This document shows, piece by piece, positions 1-12,629 of a stretch of 64,000 nt of DNA. Within the stretch, counting starts at the first letter, position 1, and the number at the start of each line of letters is the position of its first letter. The DNA lies in the NCBI RefSeq assembly GCF_006345805.1, contig NC_043018.1, positions 5,828,001-5,892,000 of the forward strand. Direction: 5' to 3'. A model generated the notes under the pieces. The model saw only the letters and a list, made by a program, of their open reading frames with translations, had not been told where the DNA came from and did not search any database. The position numbers and the translations under genes are program-made. The stretch comes from Octopus sinensis (taxonomy: Eukaryota).

Positions 1-419
1 CTTAGCCATTTCTGTTTTGGCGTCTTCAAGCCATGAAGTCGTTGTTCTAAAAGAACGCTGGTCTCCTTGACAACGCATTACGACGTTGATTTCCTTACAC
101 TCCCTTCCCCACAGCTTCACGAGGGAGGGAAGAAGGGGGAGAAGCAAACACAGGTGCAGGTGTTTGAGCATGGACACCAACTCCGCCTCCATCAACACAC
201 GAAAAATTATGCATTAAAATGGAATAAAAAATGATGTTAAATTATTTTTTAAATCGTAGACTCATCGTAGACGCGCGCTAATAGCCAGACGGGCTCGATA
301 TTAATCACGACTATAAGATACCCGAATTTGGTTAAACTGCACCGCAAAATGTGGGAGGAGTTAGGAATCTAAATCGTAGGAGACAGACACTCACACAACT
401 ACAGTTATATATATATAGA
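1..419 (-). mobile_element. Non-autonomous Helitron-like element, 5' part (cut by window edge)
   Basis: Inverted copy of much of 1751-2300; 5' end TCTATATATATA on -. Confidence 0.55.
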
Positions 420-582
420 TATAGAATTTATGTAATTTAAAATTTTTTTATTCAACTTTATTTAATTTGCCTATGTTATTAAATTTCTTAATACCTAGTG
501 CTGATTAAATAATAAAATATAGCAGGGTATGCTATTTCCTTATTGATTTAAAAAAAAAAACAGTAAGATCTTAGGTGTGGTT

Positions 583-727
583 TATTTACCAACCACATGG
601 TTCCGGGTTCAGTCCCACTGCGTGGCACCTTGGGCAAGTGTCTTCTACTATAGCCCCGGGCCAACCAAAGCCTTGTGAGTAGATTTGGTAGACGGAAACT
701 GAAAGAAGCCCGTCGTATATATCTATA

Positions 728-776
<49 letters not shown>

Positions 777-985
777 GCGTGTTTGTGTTTGTCCCCCTAG
801 TATTGCTTGACAACCGATGCTGGTGTGTTTACGTCCCCGTTACTTAGCGGTTCGGCAAAAGAGACCGATAGAATAAGTACTAGGCTTACAAAGAATAAGT
901 CCCGGGGTCGAATTGCTCGATTAAAGGTGGTGCTCCAGCATGGCCGCAGTCAAATGACTGAAACAAGTAAAAGAGTAGAGAGTAT
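583..985 (+). mobile_element. tRNA-headed SINE family A (internal (TA)n), 5'-degenerate copy
   Basis: B-box-like GGGTTCAGTCCC, body shared with 26261-26793 and 58770-59220, tail AAGTAAAAGAG. Confidence 0.8.
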
Positions 986-1058
986 CTAAAATTCAGGAAT
1001 AACAGAATGGTGTAAGTATTAACTTTTTCGATGGAGAATATGTTAAAATATTCTAACC

Positions 1059-1715
1059 GGATCTTTTCGGTTTGAACGGCAGTTTTTAACATAATTTCTA
1101 GGTAACAAATATCTTACAATCTATAGAATTTTCTCAATAAAGCCAAGAGAAAAATATGTTTTATAAACACATTCTACCAGTATACGAAGTTGAAAAGTGT
1201 TTAGTTACATGGAAATTATTTTAAAATCTGCCGTTCAAACCGAAAACGATGGACATATTCATACGGCACAGAATGTAGTTTACCTCAATGGAGGTCATTG
1301 ATTGGTTGAAATTGCAGAAATTGAAGAAAAAAAATAACAAATATCTTACAAACTATAGAATTTTCTCAATAAAGCCAAGAGAAAAAGATGTTTTATAAAC
1401 ACATTCTACCAGTATACGAAGTTGAAAAGTGTTTAGTTACATGGAAATTATTTTAAAATCTGCCGTTCAAACCGAAAACGATGGACATATTCATACGGCA
1501 CAGAATGTTGTTTACCTCAATGGAGGTCATTGATTGGTTGAAATTGCAGAAATTGAAGAAAAAAAATAACAAATATCTTACAAACTATAGAATTTTCTCA
1601 ATAAAGCCAAGAGAAAAAGATGTTTTATAAACACATTCTACCAGTATACGAAATTAAAATTTTTTTAGTTACGTGGAAATTATTTAAAAAACTGCCGGTC
1701 AAACCGAAAATATCC
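1059..1715. mobile_element. hAT-type MITE with internal 232-bp tandem amplification
   Basis: TIR GGATCTTTTCGGTTTGAACGGCAG / CTGCCGGTCAAACCGAAAATATCC; repeat units start at ~1104, 1336 and 1568. Confidence 0.7.
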
Positions 1716-1750
1716 GCAAAACATTAAGAGTGGATAAACCCCGGTCTTAA

Positions 1751-2487
1751 TCTATATATATAAAACTGTAGTTGTGTGAGTGTCTGTCCCTTTCGATTTA
1801 GATTCCTAACTCCTCTTATAGTCGTGATTAATATCGCGCGTCTACGATGAGTCTACGATTTTAAAAATAATTTAACATAATTTTTTATTCCATTTTAATG
1901 CATAATTTTTCGTGTGTCGATGGCGGCGGAGTTGGCGTCCATGGTCACACCTGCACCTGTTTGCTTCTCCCCCTTCTTCCCTCCCTCGTGAAGTTGTGGG
2001 GAAGGGAGTGTAAGGAACTCAACGCCGTAAAGCGTTGTCAAGGAGACCAGCGTTCTTTTAGAACAACGACTTCATGTCTTGAAGACACCAAAACAATATA
2101 TAAAAGTAAGGTTGTGTGTCTGTCTCCTACGATTTAGATTCCTAACTACTCCCACATTTTGCGGTGCAGTTTAACCAAAACCGGGTATCTTATAGTCGTT
2201 ATTCATATCGAGCCCTTCTGGATATTAGCGCACGTCTACGATGAGTCTACGATTAAAAAAAAAATTTACCATAATTTTTTCCATTTTAATGCATTTTTTC
2301 GCTATTATATAAGGGAAGTAGCTCTCTAAAAATGTCTACGATGAGTCAACGATTTAAAAAGAAATTACCATCATTTTTTATTCCATTTTTAATGCATTTT
2401 TCTGCTATTTTTTGGCTATACCTCTCTAAAAATGCTTATATAGTTATTTCCCTTACAAACCCGAGCAACGCCGGGCGATACTGCTAG
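1751..2487 (+). mobile_element. Non-autonomous Helitron-like element (composite, second 5' start near 2095)
   Basis: Starts a|TCTATATATATAAAA and ends with hairpin CCCGAGCAACGCCGGG then CTAG|t, giving an A/T target with no TSD. Confidence 0.6.
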
Positions 2488-2613
2488 TTCAAAATAAATG
2501 AAATATCTAAAATTTTTTAATCAGTTTCTTGGGCGCCAAAACCATTTTCCCAATCATAACTACAGTTACCTCCCTTGGAGTCTTGCGGTAAATTTGAAAA
2601 AGATTTTCAAAAA

Positions 2614-2835
2614 ATGGCCAACGTCGAACATTGTTTTGATAAAATGACAACAAACCCAGCATCAGCGAAACAATCTGATCCCGTAAAGGACTCTGATGAC
2701 TCTACGAAGACCCTTAAAGAATGTTTCAATCAAATGAATACGTGTAAAAGCGATTATTTTCCTCCTAAGGTTGCGTATATTTTCAGTGATTCTCTGCTGC
2801 AATGGTCGAACTTCGGTTTGAAAGTCCGACAAAGA
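2614..2835 (+). CDS. HDAC8: HDAC8 coding exon 1 (MANVEHCF...[23 protein letters not shown])
   Basis: ATG in AAAATGG context; the end aligns with human [21 protein letters not shown]; donor AGA|GTAAGT at 2836. The start codon choice is less certain than the donor. Confidence 0.85.
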
Positions 2836-5800
2836 GTAAGTTTCTCAACGATTTACTTCACTTCCTTTATTTTCTGTTATTTGATATTGAATGGAAACAG
2901 GAGTGTTTTCAAAACTGAAGAAAAAACAAAGATGCAGTTCCATTTCATGCAGAACTTTTACCCAATCAATCTACATTCGCAGATTATTTCCAAAATACAA
3001 GGCATACCTACACAATCGTGCCCCTCTCGACTTTGTTTCCTCATAACACTCAGAATGGATATTTTTAAATGGAATTTTCTATAGATATTTTTTAGAGGAT
3101 CTTTTCGGTTTGAACGGTAGTTTTTTCTAGCAGTGTTATATGAAATTGTCACCCATAATTATGACCCCAGAATCGATCTATTACATTTCAATCTGTTTTA
3201 GGGTTAGGGGTGGGGGAAGGGTATCTTTTTTTTCTTCAGAAATGTAAATAAACCCAATCTGTTTCTTAAACGTGGGACATATACGGCACAGAATGTTGTT
3301 TTTTTTTTTACCTCAATGGACGTCATTGATTGGTTGAAATTGCCGAAATGCAAGAAATTAAACAACAAATAGCTTACAAACTATAGAATTGTCACCCATA
3401 ATTATGACCCTAGTATCGATCTATTGCAATCTGTTTTAGGGTTAGGGGTGGGGGGAAGGGTATCTTTTTTTTCTTCAGAAATGTAAATAAACCTAATCTG
3501 TTTCTTAAACGAAGGACATATTCATACGGCACAGAATGTTTTTTACCCCAATAGACGTCATTCATTGGTTGAAATTGCAGAAATTGAAGGAAAAAAAGAC
3601 AGCAAATATCTTACAAACTTTAGAATTTTCTCAATAAAGCCAAGAGAAAAAGATGTTTTATAAACACATTCTACCAGTATACGAAGTTTAAAAGTGTTTA
3701 GTTACGTGGAAATTATGTTAAAAACTGCCGGTCAAACCGAAAAGATCCTTTTTAGATATTGTAGGTTACGATTATATAGCAATTTAATGTGAAAACAAAA
3801 ATAATTTGAGGGTATGCACACATACATACTGACACACCTCACAATATTGGTCAATATAATTTTCAAAATTTCAAGTTTTTGTCGACATACATGTGATGTG
3901 TGTCAGTATGTATGTGTATACACCCACCTTTTTTTCCATATCAAATTTCGATAAATCTTATTGTACATTCTTTGAAGGATATTTGTAGAAAATGTCATTA
4001 AAATATATCCCTTTTTTCCCCCTAAAGTTATGAGGAAACAAAGCAACTCATGTGAATTATCTGAAACTCCTGCCCCTCACTTCTGAAAAAAATATTTTTT
4101 CACTACAAATCCTAATGTACTCGTAATCTTCATTATCTGAATGGTATTTGTAGAAAGTTTCATTAAAAGATATAAATTTTTCTGAAAGTTTCAAGGAAAC
4201 AAAATCAGTGGGGCACACTTGTGTAGGTATGCCATGTCGGCTGACAGCAATTAGAATATAATTGATAATTTTGGCCGAAAACATATCCAAAAATGTTGAA
4301 CTGATATATCTATCAAATGCGTTCCATTGTGGGTGGAATTCTGGTTTCCAGAACTTTCTATTTTTTGTACTTTTCAGAAAATTTTTGCGAATTTCTTTTC
4401 TATACACTGGAATTTATACAATTACAAAAAAAAAAAAAATTAACGAAAATTTCTAAACCCTGCCCCACCATAATCCTAAAAGTTCTACTCTTTTTTGAAT
4501 TTAAAAAAAAATCAGAGTTTTGAATACAGACAGTCCCAATTTTTTTGCTTAAATCTCAGCAATGGAGTGTCCTTGTGCGCACCATCATTCCATTAAATGT
4601 GTTTATGGGGAGGAAAATATTGAAAAGCATCAATACATGTCAGAGTGACAAAGAAACGAGGAAGGTATCAGGTGGTCGTGGGATGTGCTCAAAATAACAG
4701 CACTACTTAAATATAGAGTTCCTGACGCATTGACATAACAATGTTTTTACAATGCTCTCTTATTAAAGTTAGGGTTAGAGTTTAGGGTTTAGCTTAGGGT
4801 TAGGGTTTAAGGTTAGTTTTAGGGTTAGATGTGTTGGGACCTTTGTATTTAAGTAGTACTCAAAATAACAGCTAAATCGCCCTAAAATCACACACGCACA
4901 ATTTTTTTTTATATTGCATAATTATATGAATTCCCTTGTGTAGAACACAAATTCACAAAATGTTTCTGAAAATTCCAAAAGATAGAAAAGTTACAAGGGG
5001 TTTTATCATCGTTTAACGTCCGCTTTCCATGCTAGCATGGGTTGTACGATTTTGACTGAGGGCTGGCGAACCAGATGGCTGCACCAGGCTCCAATCTTGA
5101 TCTGGCAGAGTTTCTACAGCTGGATGCCCTTCCTAATGCCAACCACTCCGAGAGTGTAGTATGGGGTGCTTAAAGCACGAAAGATCGTCCTGTCATCATC
5201 CTTAGGCCAGCAAGGACAGGCAGGCAGTGGTTAACCTATTTGGTGGCCTTGTTAAAAGAGGATGGACAAGACACAGGAGTGGCTGTGTGGTAAGTAGCTT
5301 GTTTACCAACCACATGGTTCCGGGTTCAGTCCCACTGCGTGGCACCTTGGGCAAGTGTCTTCTACTATAGCCTCGGGCTGACCAAAACCTTGTGAGTAGA
5401 TTTGGTAGATGGAAACTGAAAGAAGCCCGTCGTATATATATATATATATTATATATATATATGCGTGTGTGTCTGTGTTTGTCCTCCTAGCATTGCTTGA
5501 CAACCGATGCTGGTGTGTTTATATCCCCGTTACTTAGCAGTTCGGCAAAAGAGACTGATAGAATAAGTACTGGGCTTACAAAAGAATAAGTTCCGGGGTT
5601 GAGTTGCTCGATTAAAGGCGGTGCTCCAGCATGGCCGCATTCAAATGACTGCAACAAGTAAAAGAGTAAGACTGAAGACAGACACTTTTCTCTTTGGTCA
5701 AGTCCTCGTAAACTTTTGTAAAGGAAAATGAGAGTGGAGAAAGTGATACTGCCCCTCCCGGTCAATTTATTGATAAGTGGATGAGAGTGGCGAGAATGGT

Positions 5801-8292
5801 CCGAGTGAGCGTGCAAACTCTGAATATGCACTTATAGATTGGATAGGGTGCTTTGCCTGACTGTTCTGTGGTTTTTGGGAGGTTCCCATGTGTAGCTGTC
5901 AGAAGTCTTGATGGTATATGGCTCAGTGGTTAGATTGTTGAGCTTATGATCGTGAGGTTGTGAGTTCGATTCTCGGACCGGGATCATCATCATCATTGTT
6001 TAACGTCCATTTTCCATGCTAGCATGGGTTGGACTGTTCAACTGGGGTCTGGGAAGCCAGAAGGCTGCGCCAGGCCCAGTCTGATCTGGCAGTGTTTCTA
6101 CAGCTGGATGCCCTTCCCAACGCCAACCACTCCGTGAATGTAGTGGGTGCTTTTTACGTGCCACCTGCACAGGTGCCAGACAAGGCTGGCAAACGGCCAT
6201 GATCGGATGGTGCTTTTTACGTGCCAGACGAGTCAGGCAACAGCCACAATCGGATGGTGCATTTTATGTGCCACCGGCACGGAGGCCAGTCGGGGCGGTG
6301 CTGGCAACGGCCATGTTCGGATGGTTCTCTTACATGCCATCGGCACTGGTATCACAGCTACAATTTCCATTGATGTTGATCGATTTTGATTTTGATTTTT
6401 GTGTTGTATTCTTGAGCAAAACACTTTAGGTCTCACTGCACATGCAACCATGTGCTGCCATCTGTTGGCACACTACAGAACTAGTCTGGGAACTTTTTGA
6501 TACCACCTTGTATATCGTCTTCTTAAAGTGGCGAGCTGGCAGAATCGTTAGTATGCCAGGCAAAATGCTTATCGGTATTTCGTCTGCCGTTATGTTCTGA
6601 GTTCAAATTCTGCTGAGGTAAATTTTGCCTTTCATCCTTTTGGGGTCGATAAATTAAGTACCAGTTACACACTGGGGTCGATGTAATCGACTTAATCCCT
6701 TTGCCTGTCCTTGCTTGTCCCCTCTATGTTTAGCCCCTTGTGGGCAATAAAGAAATAGGTATTTTGTCTGCCGTTACGTGCTGAGTTCAAATTCCACCGA
6801 GGTAGACTTTGCCTTTCATCCTTTTGGGGTCGATAAATTAAGTACTAGTTACACACTGGGGTCGATGTAATCGACTTAATGCCTTTGCCTGTCCTTGCTT
6901 GTCCCCTCTATGTTTAGCCCCTTGTGGGCAATAAAGAAATAGGTATTTTGTCTGCCGTTACGTGCTGAGTTCAAATTCCACCGAGGTAGACTTTGCCTTT
7001 CATCCTTTCGGGGTCGATAAATTAAGTACTAGTTACACACTGGGGTCGATGTAATCGACTTAATCCCTTTGCCTGTCCTTGCTTGTCACCTCTATGTTTA
7101 GCCCCTTGTGGGCAATAAAGAAATAGGTATTTTGTCTGCTGTTATGTTCTGAGTTCAAATTCCGCCGAGGTAGACTTTGCCTTTCATCCTTTCGGGGTCG
7201 ATTAAATAAGTACCAGTTATGTACTGGGGTCGATGTAATCGACCTAATCCCTTTGCCTGTCCTTGCTTGTCACCTCTATGTTTAGCCCCTTGTGGGCAAT
7301 AAAGAAATAAAGAATTGTTAATGTGTCAGATGAAATGCTTAGCGACATTTCTTCTGGTGCTTCATTTTCTGATTTCCAACCTAACAGAGGTCAATGTGGC
7401 TTCTCATCCCATTAGGGTTGATAAAATAATAAAGCACTTGAAAGTGATGCCCCAGTATGGCTGCAGTCAAATGACTGAAACATCCGAATGTGGCCGATGC
7501 CAGCACTGCCTCGACTGGCTCCTGTGCCGGTGGCACATAAAAAGCACCATCCGAATGTGGCCAATGCCAGCGCCGCCTTGACTGGCTCCCATGCCAGTGG
7601 CACGTTAAAGCACCAACCGATCGTGGCCTATGCTAGTCTCCCCTGGCACCTGTGCCGGTGGCATGTAAAAAGCACCCACTACATTCGCGGAGTGGTTGGC
7701 GTTAGGAAGGGCATCCAGCTGTAGAAACACTGCCAGATCAGACTGGAGCCTGGTGCAGCCTCCTGGCTTCCCAGACCCTGGTCGAACTGTCCAACCCGTG
7801 CTAGCGCAGAAAACGGACATTAAATGATGATGATGATGAGGAATTAACATATACAAGATATATCAATGGATACACATTTCTGTTCCCTGACATATTGATT
7901 TTTTACCTTTACATTTGTGTTAATTAAAACATTGTTTATTACACCTGTTTAAATATTTTTACTTCCAGGGTAAACTAGTTCATGGTCTGATTGAAGCATA
8001 TGGATTAACAAAACATATGAGGTAATTAAGTTTTTAATTTTTAATCAGTTGTGTTTTGTGTATTTTCTGATATAGTCATGTTTCTCTTAAACGGATATCA
8101 AAAATAATCATGTTTTTTTTAATTGCCTTTTTTATTGCTTTTTTGGATAATCCTCTATTAGTGTTTGTTTTTAACTTGTCAAGACAAAATCAAAATCAAA
8201 ATGCTTCCTTTTTCTCAATATGTATGTGTGTGTGTGTGTATGTTTGTGTATATGTATGTATAAATGTATGTTTGTATACATGTATGTTTGTA

Positions 8293-8325
<33 letters not shown>

Positions 8326-11300
8326 CATCATCATCATCATCATCTAGCGTCCGTTTTCCATGCTAGCATGGGTTGGACGGTTCAACTGGGGTCTGTGAAG
8401 CTGGAAGGCTTCATCAGGCCCAGTCAGATCTGGCAGTGTTTCTACGGCTGGATGCCCTTCCTAACGCCAACCACTCCGTGAGTGTAGTGGGTGCTTTTTA
8501 TGTGCCACCCGCACAGGTGCCAGACAGAGCTGGCAAACGGCCATGAACGGATGGTGCTTTTACGTGTCACCGGCACGGGGGCCAGGCGAGGCTGGCAACT
8601 GACACGAACGGATGGTGCTTTTACGTGCCACCAACACGGGGGCCAGACAGAGCTGGCAAACGGCCACGAGACGGATGGTGCTTTTACGTGTCACCGGCAC
8701 GGGGCCAGGTGAGGCTGGCAACCGCCACGAACGGATGGTGCTTTTACGTGCCACCGACACGGGGGCCAGACAGAGCTGGCAAACGGCCACGAACGGATGG
8801 TGCTTTTACATGTCACCGGCACGGGGGCCAGGCGAGGCTGGCAACGAACACGAACGGATGGTGCTTTTATGTGCCACCGACATGGGGGCCAGACAGAGCT
8901 GGCAAACGGCCACGAACGGATGGTGCTTTTACGTGTCACCTGCACGGGGGCCAGGCGAGGCTGGCAACGGACACGAACGGATGGTGCTTTTACATGCCAC
9001 CGACACGGAGGCTAGACGGAGCGGGGCCAGCAACAACCACGATCGGATGGTTCGCTTAACCACAGCTGCAATTCCCACTGATATTGATCGACCACAATTT
9101 GGTTCTGCTTTCTGATATATGAATTGATTTGGTTTGATTTTGACTGTTCTCACTGGTCTTGCCGGGTTTTCTCACGCACAGCATACTTCCAAAGGTCTCG
9201 GTCTCTGGTCATTTCCTTGGTGAGACCTAAAGTTCGAAGGTTGTGCTTCACCACCTCGACCCAGGTTTTCCTGGGTCTACCTCTTCCACAGGCCCCTCAA
9301 CTGCCAGGGTATGGCACTTTCGCACACAACTATCTTCAGCCATTCTCATCACATGACCATACCAGCGCAAACGTCTCTCTTGCACACAACAACTGATGCT
9401 TCTTAGGTTCAACTTTTCTCTCAAGGTACTTACACTCTGTCGATTATGAACACTGACGTTACACATCCATCGGAGCATACTAGCTTCATTTCTTGCGAGC
9501 TTACGCATATCCTCAGCAGTCACAGCCCAAGTTTCACTACCATGTAGCATGGCTGTACGTACACATGCATCATACAGTCTGCCTTTTACTTTGAGCGAGA
9601 GGCCTTTTGTCACCAGCAGGGGTAAGAGCTCTCTAAACTTTGCCCAGGCTATTCTTACTCTAGCAGTTACACTTTCAGCACACCCAACCCCGCTACTGAC
9701 TTGGTCACCTAGGTAGCGGAAGCTATCAACTACTTCTAGTTTTTCTCCCTGGAACGTGGTAGAAGTTGGTCTCTGCATATTTTCAGAGTTTATTGCTCCT
9801 GAGCATCTGCCACAGATAAAAACTATTTTCCTAGTTAGTCTTCCTTTGATATTACTACATCTCTTATGTGTCCATAGCTTACATTTGGTGCATCTTATAG
9901 AGTTTCTACCTACGCCTTTTCTACAGATCGAGCAGGGCCATCTACCTGAAGGCTTTTGTGATTGGTCTACCTTCCTACTTATTAGGACTTTGGTTTTGGC
10001 CAGGTTGATTCTAAGGCCCTTCATTCTAAACCTTGCTTCCATACCTGAAACTTCGCCTCTAGTTCTGATAGAGACTCAGCAATTAGAGCAAGGTCATCAG
10101 CATAGAGGAGCTCCCAGGGGCATCCTGTCTTGAATTCCTCCGTTATTGCCTGGAGGACTATGATAAATAGGAGGGGACTGAGGACTGAACCTTGGTGGAC
10201 CCCAACCTCTACCCTGAATTCTTCACTGTACTCGATGCCGACCCTCACCTTACTAGCAGCGTCTCTGTACATGGCTTGTACAGCTCTCACTAACCATTCA
10301 TCTATCCCTAGTTTCCTCATTGACCACCAGATAAGGGATCGGGGGACCCTGTCGAAGGCTTTCTCCATATCAACAAAAGCCAGGTATAGGGGCTTGTCTT
10401 TGGCTAGGTATTTTTCCTGCAGCTGTCTTACCATGAAAATAGCATCAGTAGTACTTTTCCCTGGCACGAACCCAAACTGCATCTGATCTAGGCTAACTCT
10501 CTCTCTAATTAGTTGGGCTATAACCCTCTCCGTAACCTTCATTACCTGATCCAGCAGCTTGATACCCCTGTAGTTATTTGTATCTTAGGCGTCACCTTTA
10601 CCTTTGTAGCAGTTGACTATTATGCTGCTACACCAGTCATTGGGAATGACTCCTTCGTGTATCACCTGGTTAACTATACGGGTGACTAGGCTATAGCTGA
10701 CACTACCAGATATTTTGAGCATCTCTGCAGTAATTCCTGATGGGCCTGGGGCTTTCCCTGTTTTCATGCTTGTAATTGCCTTAACTACTTAGGAACTGTC
10801 AACTCAGATTGCTGGTCCCTCTGTTGGGTCAACATTCGGCAGACTCTCTTTATCCCATTCATTTTCCTCATTCAGCAACCTTTCATAGTGGCTTCTCCAA
10901 ACCTCTCTCTTTGCATCCTCATTTAGCGCAAGTGAGCCATCATCCGTGCGAACACATTTTTCTCCTACCACGTCACGATTCTCTCTCACACACTGTCTTG
11001 CTATACGAAATACCTCAAGTCTTTCATCCTCACGGCGCAGGACATTGGCAAATTTTTTTCTTATCTGCTTCCCCTCTGGCTAAATAAACCTGTTTCCTAG
11101 CTTCTCTTCTTGCAGTCTGATACACTTCCCTGCTACCACCGTTCTTCCAGTCCTTCCAAGCCTGTTTCTTTTGTCTAATAGCCCTGTCAACAGTATTGTT
11201 CCACCACCACGTTATTTTGGGTCTTGTGGGGACTTTGCACCAGCCACAGATCTGGTCAGTGGCTTTCAGCAGGTTGTCCCTTAGAAGCGCCCAGTTATCT

Positions 11301-12271
11301 TCTACCCCATGTGTAGCTATACCCCCTTCTATTTCGTCGAAGGCTTCAAGTAACATGTCTCTAAATCTTTGTCCATTTGCAGGGTCTTTAAGCTTCCAGA
11401 CCCTTCTTCTCCATGTTGGTCGTCTTCTAGTCGTCCTCTTAGTCCTGATCCTAAAGTCACTGACTACCATTCTATGTTGTGGGGTACATTCTTCACCTGG
11501 GAAGGTTTTGGCATTTATAAGCAGCCATCTTTCCCTTTTTCTGGCAAGGATGTAGTCGATTTGGCTAGTATGCTGGCCCGAACGGATGGTGACCGAGTGG
11601 CTTGTTGGTTTCCTGAAGTTAGTGTTGCAAACCATAAGACTATTCGCATCACAGAACTCCGGCAGCCTGGTTCCCTCCTCATTGCGAGAACCATAACCAT
11701 AGCCTCCATGAACGCCATAGAAGCCCTCAGCATATCGTCCAACATGCCCATTGAAGTCACCAGCCACAAAGAGAAGGTCCCTGTTGTTCGTCAATGAGAT
11801 GGTCTGCAGTAGGGTGTCATAGAAACGGTCTTTCTGTCCATTGGGTAACCCTGGCTGAGGGGCATAGGCCGATATAATAGTTGCTAAACTATGATGGAGC
11901 ACTAATCTAATCTTCAGTATTCTGTCACATACTCTGACTACCTCGATAACCTTATCTACCCATTTTTCGGCAATAAGCATACCCACTCCCCCAACCCCTT
12001 CAGTATTCCCGGCCCAGAAAATCTTATACCTCTGTCCTTTACCCGTGAGGAACCTAGCAGAACCTCCTCTCCACCTCACCTCTTGAATACAGCATATACC
12101 TACACACCTCCGTTCAAGCAATTCGACGATCTCACCAGATCTGCCTTTCAGTGTGCCAACGTTGAGGGTGCCAACCCTGAGGAAGTGGGAGGCCATGGAC
12201 CTAGTAGCATCATGAACCTGAAAAGAAAACTCGCGTTTGGCAGTATTCATAGACAAACAATAAAACTCAAG

Positions 12272-12322
<51 letters not shown>

Positions 12323-12361
12323 GTATGTATATGTATGTATATATATGTATATATATGTATG

Positions 12362-12406
<45 letters not shown>

Positions 12407-12451
12407 GTATGTATGTATATGTATATATGTATGTATGTATATGTATGTATG

Positions 12452-12485
<34 letters not shown>

Positions 12486-12598
12486 TGTATGTATATATCT
12501 ATGTATATATATGTATGTATATACATGTATGTATATGTATGTATGTATATATATGTATATATATATATATATGTATGTATGTATAATATACATAGGTA

Positions 12599-12629
<31 letters not shown>

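Noticed and set aside
2575-3084. 169-aa ORF as a stand-alone protein
   Set aside because: It is HDAC8 exon 1 read through the donor at 2836 into intron; the TTG start is an ORF-finder convention
4766-4828. True interstitial telomere or chromosome fusion point
   Set aside because: Short, degenerate, single orientation, and enclosed by TIRs
8515-9055. CRISPR-like look of the regularly spaced repeat (also 35415-36012)
   Set aside because: The 'spacers' are two alternating homologous variants rather than unique sequences, there are no cas genes, the context is eukaryotic, and it lies in a LINE 3' UTR
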